Source: Klebsormidium nitens
Lineage: Eukaryota; Plantae; Klebsormidiophyceae
Length of the DNA: 64,000 nucleotides
Direction of reading: 5' to 3'
Assembly (NCBI GenBank): GCA_000708835.1
Contig: DF237202.1
Span: forward strand, 1-64,000
Numbering within the stretch: the stretch's first letter is position 1; the number at the start of each line of letters is the position of its first letter. The notes beneath the pieces are model-generated. The model was not told the origin of the DNA. It did no database searches and worked only from the letters and a program-made list of their open reading frames with translations. Position numbers and translations under genes: made by a program. This document shows positions 12,496 to 25,221 of the stretch, piece by piece.

Positions 12496-15400
12496 ATGGT
12501 GTGTCCTCCATTGGCCTGGCCAAATACTACACGCAGCTGCCCAATGGCTCTTGCATGAGGCAGGCGTCCTTCTTCGAGGACAAGCACGTGCTATCCCTCG
12601 GGTTTGGTTACATGGTGGTCCTGGGGCTGGGCCTCTTCTTCTCCGTTTTCACGGCTGCTCTGGTGAGCACTTGGCAAGTTCAGGCTTTTGTTTGCTAGAG
12701 TGAGCAGGGCTCTCAGCTCCCAGCTGTGGGTTAAGTCCTAGTAAGACTGTGGTGACTCTTTGCGGACCTGGAGGTCATTTAACTTGGATGCACATATGCA
12801 TTATAACAGCTTTTCAGACCTGCAAGCACTTGCTACCTAAACTTGAGACTTCTGAAGGTTGCAAGCTGACCATAAAACTCTAATTCAGGGTTGTCTTGAA
12901 AGCCTGAACACAAGGCTCCACTTGTTGTTGAGAATACGCCGTATCATCACTCCTGCAAATGCTCACCCTCTGCGCACAAAGCTCAAATTGACTACCTAGA
13001 TGTGCGAAAGATGTCCTGGTGTCGTTTATATGTGCTTTGAGGTGACTTTATAGGTGACTAGGGCGCCGAAAGAACCAGCCAGATCTATGGTCCGCTCACT
13101 GGAGCTGCATTGCGTCCATCAAAGCACCTGTGCATATGCAGAAGGATTCAAGTACTCAACTGAAAGTCAAACTGGATAAGTACAGCGGTCCCTTGGGTCC
13201 CTTGGTCAACAAAAAGAGCTTCAAAAGGATTCTTGCTTTCTTGTCTTCAGAGGTGTGGTTGGAGGAGCGGTACATGGGCACTGTGGCTTCTTCTGAGTGG
13301 TACGCTATTTCAGATCCCTCCGAGTCTTGTCAACAAAGGCTGATAATCTACTGGGAACGCTTTTGGACATATTGTCACTGGCAGTATGCGGCAAGTACTG
13401 CAGGCTTTGCATTCACATTGACAGCTGCCAATTAGCGGATGCACTTGAAGTACTTCGGTCAAAGACTGTTATATGATATATCAACAAGTATCTACCTAAT
13501 GACTTGTTTGGTCTGTGCAGGTTCAACACGGCAGGGCGAAGTTTCAAAACGGGGCTCATCGCCAGTGTTATTGTGTCCCAGGTAAGCTATACAAAGCTTG
13601 CACCAAAAGCTGTCTATTCAGATCTGCAAGAGAACATGAGCTACTACTGATTGCCCTTATATCTGCGCTTCTCCAATCATACGTTTTTCTTTCACCCAGT
13701 CACAAGCTCTGCAGCACAGCACTCATGTTGGAACTAGGCTTGAAGATTGCACGGTTCTGAAAGCTTGCTGGACACTTCTTCCCCCTTACCTTCTTTTGAA
13801 GCAGCGGAGTTGAAGACAGGAAAAAAGCGGCAAAATGCCGAAATTGACGCTTCTTGCCCCTCTTGTTCCTGATACCTGTCGTGAATTGTCTTGTACAGTG
13901 GACCTGGGCTGCGACAATGTAAGCAAACTGTGCTCTTTCGCATCTAGCTAGTGCAAAAAGATTCACTCGGTTACTATTATTGGATTGGTTTCCGGCAGCT
14001 TTCTTGGTGCTCAGCGGCCCCTACTGGTTTCCCGAGTGTACGGTTCTTTCTATATGATTGCGGACTTGCTGAAGTAGTCAATGAATCTACTCCTTATTAT
14101 CTGTTTAGAATCTTAGTAATCTCAGATGGATGTTGAAAACATGCTTCTGCAGCATCAGGAAAGCTGTTGACATATGACAGAGCTCTGTGCATATTCGTGG
14201 GATTCCTTTGTTTTGCAGCTTGCAGTCAGCCAACGTGGCCTGGAAATACGGCAAGTCCCTGAACACCTTCAAGTTTCTCAATTTGCAGCTCCTGGCTGAC
14301 CTGCAAAGCAGCAGGCTTCGTTTCATTGATGATTGCTAGCTGTGCCCTGCACCACGTATGCATCCTCCATTTGCTAAAGGCTTTCAGAGATTTTGTGAAG
14401 CACAAGAAAGTGGAGACGAAGTTGACTGATTTCCTCTTACTCTCGCCGCAGGGATCAGCGGCCCTTTCTGGTATGCGTCTGGTGCTACAGTTCAGGTGCT
14501 GCTCTTTGGTGTGATGGCCATTGAAATCAAAAGGAAGGCGCCAACAGCGCACACCATCTGCGAAGTCGTCAGGGCCAGGTGAGCCTAACCTTCTAGATGC
14601 TACCCAAAGAGCTTCGGAAGAATTTCAAAAAAGATTCTCATGTCCAAGCTAGCGCTTACTATAATCTATCTGGTGTCAGCTGATATCGAAAAGCTGCACG
14701 ACAAGCTGCAGCCTGTAGGAGGCCCGCTTCGTTCCGTGGCTCTTGATCCAAAGATCAGCTTTCTCAACTGTGGAACGTTGGCAGTATGATTGGAAGCGTG
14801 TCGGAGCTGCGTCTTGAGATCTTGCGAGCTAGCATCTGATTGCTATACCCCGTAATAAAAGCTACCCGCGGATTTTCTCTTTTGCTCTGGGGTTTAAATG
14901 CTTTTTGGATGAAGACGAAAGTCATAGAATGCCATCGAAGATCCTGAATCAGCTCTTGGACTTGAACGGACCTCGTCTTAACCAGTTTTGTGGCCACTGC
15001 AGATGGGGTGAGCATCAACTCCTAAACTCTTGGGGCGAGCCAGGGCTGAGTCCACCTGGATCGCCGTAAAAACTGCATCCATGAGGCTAACAGACCTTGA
15101 CGTGGAGCAGACCGCTTTCTTCCGAGACCTTATTGTGCTCAGCTTTTTGAAGGTTCAGCTTTTGAAGTGTCTGACCAGTTGTGTGAATTCTGACCCCGCT
15201 GGTGTTTCAATCGACTTCAAACAAAACGACAAGCTTCCGAAAGCGTCTGTTCATTTGGCTTGTACTGCTTCTTGTCCGCTTACACAAGCCTGCAAGAATG
15301 AATCTTCTTTTCCGATTGCAGGGCAAATCGCACACATCGTCTTCCTTTTCTTCTGCTTCTTGACAAACTGCATCGTAACATCCATGCTCCTGGTAAGCCG

Positions 15401-18400
15401 TATCCACGATCAGATTTTGTCTCACCTTCTCAGTCGCAGCTAGCTGTCGTGCTACTTTTATTCAGCTTCAGCTACCAACGTCTCAAGAGATAATCTTACA
15501 AGGTATCGCACACCAGATTCCACGAAGTGGCTTTCCTAGCTCAGACGTGTCACGCGGCTGACGAATCACTGCTCTCGCTTACGCAGCTTGGTGGCGCATC
15601 TGTGGTCAACGCTCTGACAGACATGAACGTGTACCTGGCCTGCTTCTTGATTGTAAGTGGCCGCGCTATCTCTACTAGCGATTTGTATTTGTATTCTGCC
15701 TCTCCGCTAAGCGTCAATATGGGGAGAGAGCAAGAAACCTTGGCCTCTCAAGCTCAGCCTTACAACATGCAGAAGTGCTCTACGAATAAGCCCCTCAACG
15801 ACGCTTCGTGCTGCAAGCATTCTGTTCGTTAAGATCGATATATGACCCTCCTAGAAATCTTCAATCTACGCTTCCATGCTTCGTCGAAACCTCTTGTTTG
15901 GTTGCAAACCTGCGTGCGCTTTACTTCAACGGAACCGTTCAATACGCTTAGGTATCTGTTCCATCGTGTCGTTCTGGCAATCAATTACACACTCTCAGAG
16001 AGGATAACTTTTCTTTTGCAGCCTCTTGGGGTCATCTTCTACACGCTGTCAGGCGGTCTCAAGGCCACCTTCCTTGCGAGCTACGTCCACAGTATCATCA
16101 GTAAGTGATCAATTCTCTAAAGCTGCGAGTTCGCAACTGCTGGCAAGCAGCAGGTAAAGACTCGATCATCTCTAGCTTTTCGAGGTTGAGTATTCTTGTT
16201 CCAGGCGTGCTCTTCGTGACTCTTTGTGACTCTTCAAGCAATATCAGATGGCATCAGTTTCCTATCAATGTGAAAGGCCCGTTCTCTTGCTTCTGTAGAT
16301 GCATAAATATGGACAACCCGATGGTATTCACAAGAGACTGTGAGACTACAATTCAAGCTCTCTCTTCGTTCGAAACTGTGCGTCTCCGGATCCTGTTCCT
16401 TTGGATGGCGACTACCCCGCATTCTCTCCTGCTCATACAAAAGCCTACCAAACGAACAGTGCCGAAAAACAGCTTCTTTCTTTGCTTTGCAGTCCACATC
16501 GCTCTGATGATGTTCATCTGGATCGTGTACGCCACCGACTCGGACCTCGGCAGCCCGAAAGCCGTGTACAATGCACTCAAGGCTGTATCCAGTAAGACCA
16601 GGGACTGCCTTGACATACCAGACGGGCAAAAGTGCGGCCCAGTTGCTGGCAACCACAAGGGGACCTACCTAACCATGCTCTCAAATGGAGGACTCGTGAG
16701 GCCTTCGTTTACACTTCTGCTCGCAATTCTCTTGGAAGGTCGATCGGTATCCGAGCAGCGTCCCCCGCGAATGATCTGGTTTCTACACAAACGGCGTTTC
16801 TCACTAGTGAATCCTCGAACTCAAAGCAGATTGCCAGGTTATTTGCTTTCATTGTCTTGCGTTCGATAGAAGAAGAAAAATCTGTACTTTTCACGAGGCA
16901 GCCAATGGCAGACAGCAATGTCTATGAACAGAGTACTTCAGATGACAAATCAATGTAGCACGAGGGAAGGAGTTCACTTTAGGGTCTCTAAAACCATTCT
17001 ACAGCTTTCTGAACCATCTGATCAGTACCGGACGCTTCGATCATTGTGAAAGCTCTTTTCTGCAGACCTTTGGGATCATCAACATCGTTGGAAACTTCGG
17101 AACGGTTTTCGTCGACAACGGCTACTGGCAGTCTGCCATCGCAGCGCGCCCCTCCTCCTCTCACAAGGGCTACCTGGTAAGAGATTCTCTTTCTCTTTCT
17201 CTTTCGAGCCAGGTCACCCGCGGCTCGAACTCTCAGAGGCCTCTGCTTTCATCAAGCAATTTGTTTCTGCAACAAAACTCCTAATCATCGCTGCTAGGAT
17301 ACCCGAGAGTTCTGGAAACCCATCAAGCTTCAAAGCTTCCAGGAATGCTTGAAGTCTGTTTGGTTCCGGCCGTGCCCCCTTCTCTGCGCACGCAAACTCG
17401 CTAGCTTCCCGTACGGTCTGAAGGCTTTCCAATCAAGTTCTGACACGTGTCGTCCCCCATCGCAGCTGGGAGGCCTTGTCTGGTTCGCCGTGCCGTTCGC
17501 CCTGGCTTCCTCCCTAGGCCTCGCTGCGGTCGCGTTGGACTTGCCCCTTACGGCTGACGAGGCAAACGCGGGTCTACTTCCTCCGGCTGCCGCAATCCAA
17601 CTCATGGGCCAGAGCGGGGCTGGCCTTCTCCTGGTCATGCTGTTCATGTAAGCTCGGTAGCTTTTGTAGCCTCTCTTGCACTAGTCATCCGATGTGATGT
17701 TCGGCTGTTACAGCTTTTTGGTCGCACTTCGTGTTGGGGAAAAGTCTCTGACCCAGAATTTTCGGGGTCCCAGTATGCAGACGTTCCAGGTCTGTGCATG
17801 TCACAGAATAGGAGGCCGTAACTCGCTTCTTAAGAGTTTCACGGAAGCCAGGCTGCAGAACAAGTATCGACGAGCTTGCGAGAAAGCGCGCTTGGAAGGA
17901 ACAGCTGCTCTGCGGCCCCGGGCCTCCTTGAATCTCTTCCGCACAATTGCAAGCTTTATTATCCAAAGCATTCGTAGCCCTGATAACGGGCATGTTTCAA
18001 AGCGTCTCCTTATGCTGATTTCGCAGATCCAATTGGGAGCCCCTCTCAGTCGGTTCCAACCGCACCTCCCTATTGATTCCTATTGACTTGCACTCTGCCT
18101 CAAGAAGTTGTTGTTCTGATCGAATGAAGTGAGAAATCATGGAGAAGGTCTCAACCGGCCCTTTCCCTACCCTCGCAGGGCCGTGCTTCTTGCTGGATCG
18201 GCCAAATTTGACCGCCGCAATTTCCCTGTCTGCCTAACGGAGTTTCTGCACCCCACTCTCGAAAGCTGACGAAAAACATTCGCTTCAATCCCTTTTGCAG
18301 GGCTGTCACTTCTGCCGGCTCCGCCGAGCTGATCGCCGTCAGTTCCCTTATCACGTACGACATCTACCGGACCTACATCAACCCCAAGGCCTCCGGAAAG

Positions 18401-21400
18401 CAGATCCTGGCGGTCTCGCGTTACTGCGTCCTCGGCTTTGGGCTCTTCATGGGAGTACTGGCGATTGCGCTCCAAAAGGCGGGCGTTAGCTTGGGCTGGA
18501 TGTGAGCCGATACGCCCATCTACTGAGTGTTCGAACTGTGAAGGTCCCAGTCTGTGCATCTCGCCGCAGCATACAGCTTTGGGAAGGCGGAGATTTGCTT
18601 GGATCTGATGCTCTTCAGTGTCATGGGTTCCGTTTGATTGGTGGTTGCCGAACCGTCACTTCTCGCGCAGTCCTGGACCTTCCCATTCATTGCCGTGCCG
18701 CTTCGGTGAAACCACTGCCTTTTGTACGTTCTTGCTTCACCAGATCTCCTCTTTGAAGGTTTTTTTCACTTTTTCGGATCTACGATTACGTGATATCCCT
18801 TCTGTTTCTAAAAGAAAGGACGACAAGGCGGAACATACTGGCTGCAGTCTCGTTGACCACCGGATTCCTAGCTTGCCTTTGAATCTATAAAACGATTTCC
18901 TGCCAATTGCATGTTCAAGTTGGGTGTGCGAATGCTTCCATCACCCAAGATCTGTTGTCCAAAGCTCTTCATTTGTCTCCAGGTATGAGGCCATGGGCTG
19001 CCTCATCGGTTCCGCCGTCTTTCCTGTCGCTTTCCTCCTCCTCTGGCGGAAGGCCAACGCTATCGGCGCCTTGGCCGGCGCGATCATCGGAATGATTGCG
19101 GGCGTCATCACTTGGCTCGTGGTCGCACAGGTGATTTATGACGTCACACTTCAGATCTCGTTGGCTCTAGAGACTAAGAGCGCACGGCACTCAGCTATGT
19201 CGACCTGATTGGTCGCGAAATCTTCCTATCGTGATCAAGTGTTTTTCAGCGACTCAAAAGCATGAGAAGGGGCGCATAAGGCCCCCGTCAATTCGTGCTT
19301 CGACGCCTTTTCCTCACCATCCTCGACCTAATTATCCAGGCTTGATTCGTTTGGACACGCTTCGAGAGTGGCCCCCTGTACTTCTACAAGCTTCCTTGGA
19401 GAGAAGCAAACTTTCAAGCCCAGCTTACACTACATTTTCGGTCACACAAGCCCGTACGCAGTTCTCAACGCTTAGGTGCTCACTGCAAGCTCGTAGCTTC
19501 CGGATAAGCGAGGCTAAGTGAAGTATGTGACATCACCTGGCTCGCCCTTCGCAGCCTTCCGTTTGTGACTTGGCATGGAAGTCTCTCTCACTGGTGCACC
19601 AGAATCCACTGCACACAAGGAGATTTGCAGTGGACAATGTTCAGAACAGCACTAGGTCAGCGTCCAGGACCCATTTCCGCTGACCTCTTGCGAAGTTCCG
19701 CTGCAGGTTGACAACGGAGCCCTGAACCTGTACACGACCGGAAAGGACGGCCCCATGCTGGCGGGTAACCTGGTGTCTATCCTTACCGGCGGAATTATTC
19801 ACATCACATCCAGCCTCATCTGGCCCCAGGTAACACCAGAATCCAGCACTTGGTGTGTGTAGACCTGCCCGAATTTAGATTGAGAGCTGAATTTTAAGTC
19901 TAATTGAACCCAACGTTCATCGTCTTGCACCATTTTGACTGGTTCAAGATGAGCAGTTCGACTGGTCAAGAACAGCCTCTCAGATCTTTTGGGGAATATT
20001 TCCTGTTGCACATGCACCTCCAATCAACATCACGAAATACAATTTCTGATGAGCTAAGTACTGAGGCTTTCCAGATATCCCCTTGCAAGATTTTGACTGG
20101 GACCGGAATGAAGCAGATCAGGTCTGATTGGGAACGACGCATCCGATCTCACCTTCCGCAAACCTCAGTCATAAGGCCCGAGTAGGCCAAGTGATAGTAT
20201 CTGAAGAGAGTTTTTCAGAAGAATTCCGAGTATTCTTGATTTGCAAATGTACCGTGCGTCCTGATTGGAAAGCTTCGACTCGGTTATCAGATGAAGCGGA
20301 TTACCCTCGTCGAGAACGACGCCTCTGACCTCACCTTCACAAATCACAATCAGGAGAGCCAAGTAGGCCAAGTTCTTTGATTTTTGAAGAAGTTCGTCAG
20401 AAGCTTTACCAACACTCCTATTTGCAAATACAGCGTGCGTCTTGTTTGCAGAACTTCGACTGGGACAAGATGAAGCAGATCACCCTCGTCGAGAACGACG
20501 CCTCCGATCTTCCCGACGACGAGTACGACCCCGCCAAGCTGGCGCACGCTAAGTGGTGGATCATCAAGTGGGGCTGCACCTTCAGCTTTGTCATGCTCAT
20601 CCTGTGGCCCGTCGCAACACTCCCCGCGCGCGAGTTCGGCATCGTCTACTGGACTTTCTGGGGTGAGCACTTGTTGGATTTCCTCCTCCTTTTGCTTTTA
20701 TAGTATTCCTTCCTCAGAATTCTACTGTCTCCCTCCTTCCCAAAGATCGGAGTTGTCAAGCTTTCACTATCAAATGCTCACCATCTGGCCCGTCGCAACG
20801 TCACTCCCTGCTGGAGTTTCTAAGGTGAGCACTTCGTGCATGGATTCGTTTCCCGTTGTTCACGATCTATGCGCCTTACGTTTTTGCCGCTTTGTGTTTG
20901 CCAATCTGGGGAAATGTTGACGATAAAGGAGTAAGATAGGACACAACGTGGGCCGCGGCCGCCAGTCATGCTATAAGTCAGCATGACACACCTCCAGTAA
21001 CTGAGCACTTTGACCTCAATCTCATTCCCCGCTCCGGTTATCGAGTTTCTTCTTTTCCCCTATTCACTAACACCCACAGTCACCTGTTTCCGCCTGTCAA
21101 CGCACTCGAGTTTCTTCAGTCCCTACGTGATCATGACGTCATTCCTGACTACGTGTCCCTTCCCTGCAGTCGTCATCGTGCTCGCGTGGGGCACGATTGC
21201 GTCAGTGGTGATCATCGTTCTGCCGCTGTACGAATCCTGGGCCGGCATCAGCCTGGTCCTCAGCGGCCTCTTTACCTCCGACGTTCTCTACAAGAAGGTC
21301 GAGGTAAGAGTGTCAACAAACTCTAAATTACGGCCATGTTGACTTCACGCCTGCCCGAAGGACGGTTCGGTTTAGTCTGAGGGGTTCCGGCGGTTACCGG

Positions 21401-22086
21401 TGCGCGGAGCATTGCTTCTGGGTTTCATTCTCAGTTTGTTTGAGCCTGGAGAACCGGTCTTGATACTCAGTCTTCACAAGCCTAGGTAGACCTAGTATCG
21501 AGAATTACTGGAGGCAAGAGCTCCGAGTCGGCCAGACCTACTTTCGCTTGAAATCTTCGGGGTTAGGAAGACATACGTACTGTTTCAGCCCGCCTGGCTC
21601 CGGCCCAAGTCCCGATCGATCTGGAAACGCACAACAACTGACTCCCTGAAAGAGGCTTTGCGTGCCTCGCATGGCGATCTGTGAGTCTGGTGCCGAGCGC
21701 TTATGTTGATTTTATCCTGAAAGCTGGACACGGCTCTGCTCTTCAAACACGTTCGAGGAATGGACTCGGATCCAACTTGCAGGGGCCTTTGATGGCGGGA
21801 AAGTGCTGTGACTTATTAGTCTCGTGACAAGGGCGTCTTTCCTCCAGCAGGAGCTTATTGCTTTCAACCAAGCACAAGCTCTGTTCTTCCCCCGATACGT
21901 ACAGCAAAACGTTCCTGTTACATCCAGAAGATGTAAAGCGCTGAGAGACCGGAAGCCCAGGATTCTTTTTTGTTTGTGCAGGACCTGGATGCCAAGATCG
22001 ACGCCATCATTCGATCGAACCCAAGCTACGAAGCGGCGTACCTGCACCCCGGCACAAAGGAAGTTTCGCCCCCGCCCGAAGACTAG
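12496..22086 (+). CDS. DUR3: Urea-proton symporter DUR3 (sodium:solute symporter family), with an apparent 1-nt frameshift near the start
   Basis: 19 exons: 12496-12662, 13253-13299, 13521-13581, 13899-13918, 14219-14250, 14452-14578, 15003-15007, 15322-15392, 15587-15652, 16022-16100, 16493-16695, 17066-17176, 17466-17647, 18301-18501, 18983-19130, 19707-19829, 20452-20662, 21170-21303, 21982-22086 (TAG). Peptides include [102 protein letters not shown] and [15 protein letters not shown], nearly identical to plant DUR3 as recalled. Confidence 0.97.
20083..20335 (+). repeat. Two ~180-bp-period intronic copies of the DUR3 exon 17 acceptor edge
   Basis: atgaagcagatcaccctcgtcgagaacgacgcctcc (exon 17) is echoed at ~20290-20330 and ~20108-20150, together with upstream intron sequence. 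Confidence 0.85.
20772..20832 (+). repeat. Intronic copy of the DUR3 exon 17 3' end with an intact GTGAGC donor
   Basis: atgctcaccatctggcccgtcgcaacgtcactccc...aaggtgagcactt compared with exon atgctcatcctgtggcccgtcgcaacactcccc...gggtgagcactt. Confidence 0.8.
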
Positions 22087-23681
22087 GGATACGGGCATGA
22101 GCAGCCTTATTGCAAAGATCGGCGATTTTATTGAGAGCCTGAGTGTACAACAACTGAACAGCTTAGAGCTTGACTTAGATGAGGAATCTAATCTGAGGCC
22201 CGTTTGTAGGGCACTTAACAGCGGCTCAAGTCGAGTACGCTTCTAAACAATTTTGCCTGAGTGAGACGTCTAGGCATTACAAAACTATTGGCGTCTTCCC
22301 ACATGTAGAAGACCGTTAAAGACTTCCATCCTTGTAAGAGTGGAAGCGCCGCGGTGACGACGAAGCTTTTGTCACGTATTGAGAAGAGCTATACCGGTCT
22401 TGATCCTTGTTGGGTAGAATTCGGGCCAGTGATAACAAATTAAAGTCCGATTATTCTTGAGCGTCAGTTTGCTCCGAAACTCAAACTGCATAAGGGCGGG
22501 TTCTTTTCGACCAGTAAAAGATGGGCAGCAATATCACCACCGTAGGCGCACGCTGCGTGCCAGGTTGGCCGCAGCATGAGAGACAAACTTAGGGAATGAG
22601 ACTTGCACAATTGATAAGCAGACCTACTTACCATCATCGATCAACAGCCAAGGCCCTCAGCCCAAGGGTCAAGCCCAATATACTCATCATGCATTTGTAT
22701 ACGTACTGATGATAAACTGATTAGCATGCTCAACTGACTGTGTAATTCCATCGCACCCCTCGTACATTTTAGCACCAACGGCGTTTAATCAGCAGTGGTA
22801 TCTGTCGATGTCACGGCACCGACGTTTGCAGTGCAGATTCGTGTGCAAATGATCCCGGAGAATGATTGGGTTCCAGCTAGCAGCGGCTCAGCTAGCTACG
22901 TATCTCTTCAAGCCTGTTGTTTGATGCCGATGACAATTAGATGAAAACACAGATGAAATCAACTGAACTTCAGACCGGTCCGACGCGCAGGGGCGGTTGT
23001 GGTTGTCATCACATGGAACTTAGGCCGCGATCCCCTGCTGCCCACAAAGACGATGTACTGGGAGTCACGTGAAGCACCGCTGTTGCACAGCCGCCGCGCG
23101 CAGCCGCCATGTCGGTGTCAGGCGCCAGGTTATACCTGCACCGGGCTCGTCATGGTTGGAAACTCGCGATTGTCGGCACGAGCCCGGGCCGTGCTCGGGT
23201 CATGCACCAGCTTTCATCGACCCCTCGATCACCCTCGACGGGCGGCGGTCGGAAGGCCCGGCGGCAGATCGACCCAGACCCTACTCAGACCGGCGATCGC
23301 GGAGGCGGCCGTCGATCTTCCTATGCCGGGTTACTGGTGCGTCTTGTGATCTTTATGCAACTTAGAATCTCAGAAAGAACCTGCCCCCACTTGGCCATGC
23401 AAGTCACATATATCGTAAGGCGGCGGCTCAGGCATCGACCATGCAGGTCGGGACCCGGCAGCATCGCGTCGGGCATTGGCGCGCGCTCTAGCTCTTCGAT
23501 CTTTGAAGCTGGCAAAGGTGCAATTCCCAAAAGCGTTGAACCTCGAAACATGTACAGTCCGGATGCGCCGTGAAAGCGCCAGAATACAATGCTGATGTCA
23601 TGTCGTTTCGTGTCATGTCGTTTCAGACTGGGACTCAAGAGCGCGGCGCCCTCAGCGACTCGGCGCCCAAGCATTGAACGG

Positions 23682-23706
23682 GCATTGAACTTCGGAAGTT
23701 CAATGC
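23682..23706. repeat. 25-bp palindrome (12-bp arms, 1-nt spacer)
   Basis: gcattgaacttc-g-gaagttcaatgc, immediately preceded by a direct copy of gcattgaac (23671-23679). Confidence 0.85.
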
Positions 23707-25221
23707 GTGGGCGCCCGCCGGCCGGGGACGCGATTTCTTGACGCGGCCGCCTACCGCGGTGGTGGGTCCCCGCGGCCGCTCAGTGTTTGGCTGCGCGATG
23801 ATGCCGAACGACGTACGCCCGACGATGATGATTCAGACCGCGCCAATCGACGGCTGATGGGGCCCAGAGTTTCAACTGCTCTTTGCTTTGGTGAAGGGCC
23901 GCTGACATGGTGATGTGAGCAGGTGGACTCGGATTCCGGGACGCTGCTGAGGCAACTTCTGCGTTGTCAAAATCAAGAATCGGTTGGGGCATGCACTTTG
24001 GATGCTTTCCTTGTACACCTAAAAGGCTGCTTTGAGTCTGCAGCAAGCCATGACCAGCTGGAGCCGCTTTCTTCATGACCGCAAAGAGACAAAAGAATAT
24101 GAGTTGGAGGTCGCGGCTAGAAGAGAAGTGCTTAGCCTTAGGAAACCTCTTCCAAAACAGCGCGTTTGCACGCCATGATGCAAGAATTTGCAAGGATAGG
24201 TCCTAGCCTAAGTCTTCGAGAAAGACGCTGATACGAATACAACCACACCTACCATGCATGTTGTCAGATTGGACTGCTCCAGTACCTGCTGACGCATGCA
24301 GAGGTCGTGACCTCTGCGTATGTTACAAACAGCAATCTGAAGAGCTAATAGCAGCGGATACTTGAGGAGGGAAGGTTGTGAAAGCGGGTTTATTGGTCGC
24401 GTCAACAGCAGAACCTGCACTCAAGAGTCCACGTTGCGCAGGCTCAGCTGAACTTCAAGGAGACTAGCTTGACCACTGAAAAGGAGTCTAACAATCTGCT
24501 AAGAAGCTCGGGGAGAACGGGTCGAGGCTGCCGAAATAACAGCAGGTGACGTCTGCAGTTAGAATTGCCGCCTGTACTTTGAGTGACCGCTTGACACAAT
24601 GTTGGAGCCTAGCATAGTTGTGGCCAGGCTTGGCTCACCAATGCCAGCCAGTAGACCTAAGCAGCAAGCTAGCAAGGTGGCTGTTTTGGGGTCACCAGAT
24701 AACAGCAGTGATAATCAGCGTCTCTCTGACCTGCAAAATACCTTGCTAGCTGTTTCTTTCAAACATTCCTGTTTTGGAGCCCTAGTTTTCCGGATCTGCA
24801 GCCTACTTATCAAGGTGGCCGACTTAAGAACAAGCAAATTGACAATTTATCATTCAGAGCAGCTCAGATCCTTGGCATTACTGAGGAGGGCTGCCGAAGA
24901 AAGCGCAGCACTAATCAACAGAACTACATCCACACAAGCCGCCAGTCTGACCCAGCTCAATCGTTCCCCGACAAAACCGAACCGAACAGCTTGCTCGGCA
25001 CATTCTTTTAGCTGCACGCGCTCTTTCTTGCTGGCGCCATTGCACCAGCCTGACATTGTTTGAGAGTCAAGCTTTCCGAGCAACATTCGCTCTGGTGTTC
25101 CCAAGCAACCCGAGATCGTTTCTACTGATCAGCAGCTCCTGCTGCTGACGTCATCTGCAACAAGCAGCTGGCGTAACTCCTCACCGACGATCTGCGTCTG
25201 GAGCTTACCTCGAGCTCCAAA

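Noticed and set aside
16105-16869. 254-aa + ORF
   Set aside because: It is DUR3 exon 11 plus stop-free flanking intron. Retention of intron 10 hits TGA immediately in the DUR3 frame.
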